Assembly: GCA_030390025.1 (NCBI GenBank)
Contig: CM059437.1
Coordinates: 54,746,001-54,810,000, forward strand
From: Squalus acanthias
Taxonomy: Eukaryota
Direction of reading: 5' to 3'
DNA: 64,000 nt
The position numbers were made by a program, and so were the translations under genes. Below are positions 62,897-64,000 of the stretch, one piece after another (within the stretch, counting starts at the first letter, position 1; every line of letters starts with the position of its first letter). The notes beneath the pieces are model-generated. The model ran no database searches. It was not told the DNA's origin and saw nothing but the letters and a program-made list of their open reading frames with translations.

Positions 62897-64000
62897 TAAG
62901 AACATAACATAAGAACATAAGAAATAGGAGCAGGAGTAGGCCAATCGGCCCCTCGAGCCTGCTCCGCCATTCAATAAGATCATGGCTGATCTGATCCTAA
63001 CCGCCATTCTACTATCTATCACAGAACCATCTCCTGCATCTAACAGAATTGCACACACGAAATAGGAGCAGAATCAGGCTACACAGTCCCTGGGCCCGCT
63101 CCACTACCCACAGGGCCATGACCGATCCGAACCTAGACTCATGTCCAAATTCCTGCCCGCTCCCCGTAACCCTTAATGCCCTTTACTTCTAGGAAACTGT
63201 CTATTTCTGTTTTAAATTTAATTAATGTTGTAGCTTCTACAGCTTTTTGTGGCAGCATATTCCATGGACCTACCACCCTCTGAGTGAAGTAGTTCCTCCT
63301 CATCTCAGTTTTGAAAGAGCAGCCCCTTATTCTAAGACTATGTCCCCTAGTTCTCGTCTCACCCGTCATCGGGAACATCCTCCCCGCATCCACCCGATCC
63401 AACCCCTTCACAATCTTATATGTTTCAATAAGATCGCCTCTCATTCTTCTGAACTCCAATGAGTAGAGTCCCAATCTACCCAACCTCTCCTCATATGACC
63501 ACCCCCTCATCCCCGGGATTAACCGAGTGAACCTTTTTTGCACTGCCTCGAGAGCAAGGATGTCTTTCCTTAAGTAAGGACACCAAAACTGTATGCAGTA
63601 TTCCAGGTGCGGTCTCACCAATACCTTGTACAACTGAAGCAATACCTCCCTATTTTTATATTCTATCCCCCTAGCAATGAAAGCCAACATTCCATTTGCC
63701 TTCTTAATCACTTGCTGCACCTGCATACTAACCTTTTGAGTTTCGTGCACCAGGACCCCCAGATCCCTTTGCACTTCAGTACTCTCCAGTTTCTTGCCAT
63801 TAAGATAATAAATTGCTCTAGGATTTTTCCTGCCAAAGTGCATCACCTCACACTTTCCAGTGTTGTATTCCATCTGCCAAATCTCTGCCCACTTACTTAG
63901 CCTGTCTATGTCCCCTTGCAGGTTTTTTATGTCCTCCTCACTCACTACTTTCCCTCCCATCTTTGTATCATCTGCAAATTTTGATATGTTACACTTGGTC
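62897..64000 (-). mobile_element. Young CR1 LINE 3' portion running off the window edge
   Basis: Uninterrupted ORF2 C-terminus (63139-63960) and long 3' UTR with TTCTTATG tail. Confidence 0.92.

Noticed and set aside
476-63900. Numerous 60-170 aa ORFs antisense to or overlapping CR1/Harbinger coding sequence
   Set aside because: Shadow frames of transposon ORFs with no independent domain signature or splice structure.
1-64000. CRISPR arrays, rRNA or tRNA genes, prokaryotic systems
   Set aside because: None seen; the sequence is vertebrate and its repeats are explained by transposons and microsatellites.

Overview
Vertebrate, repeat-rich genomic DNA. The germline-joined Ig genes and the repeat families point to a cartilaginous fish (shark/ray-like). 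The window holds two apparently intact immunoglobulin light-chain clusters of the lambda-like (type II) kind, each with leader, pre-joined VJ exon and C exon. They are divergently oriented: gene A on the minus strand (23496->19427) and gene B on the plus strand (43501->55181). A third C exon is cut into two exactly complementary pieces (29931-29676 and 9039-8968) by a ~20.6-kb segment. That segment is bounded by a 5-bp direct repeat (CAGGA) and contains the whole of gene A; this is the most striking structure. The rest is nested transposable elements: many CR1 LINEs, L2, RTE and Penelope-like elements (two with minimal hammerhead ribozyme motifs), solo LTRs and a truncated LTR element. DNA transposons include a near-complete Harbinger element with an intact spliced Myb/SANT gene, Harbinger-type MITEs and a Kolobok-like element. 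Everything was read by eye; no searches were run.
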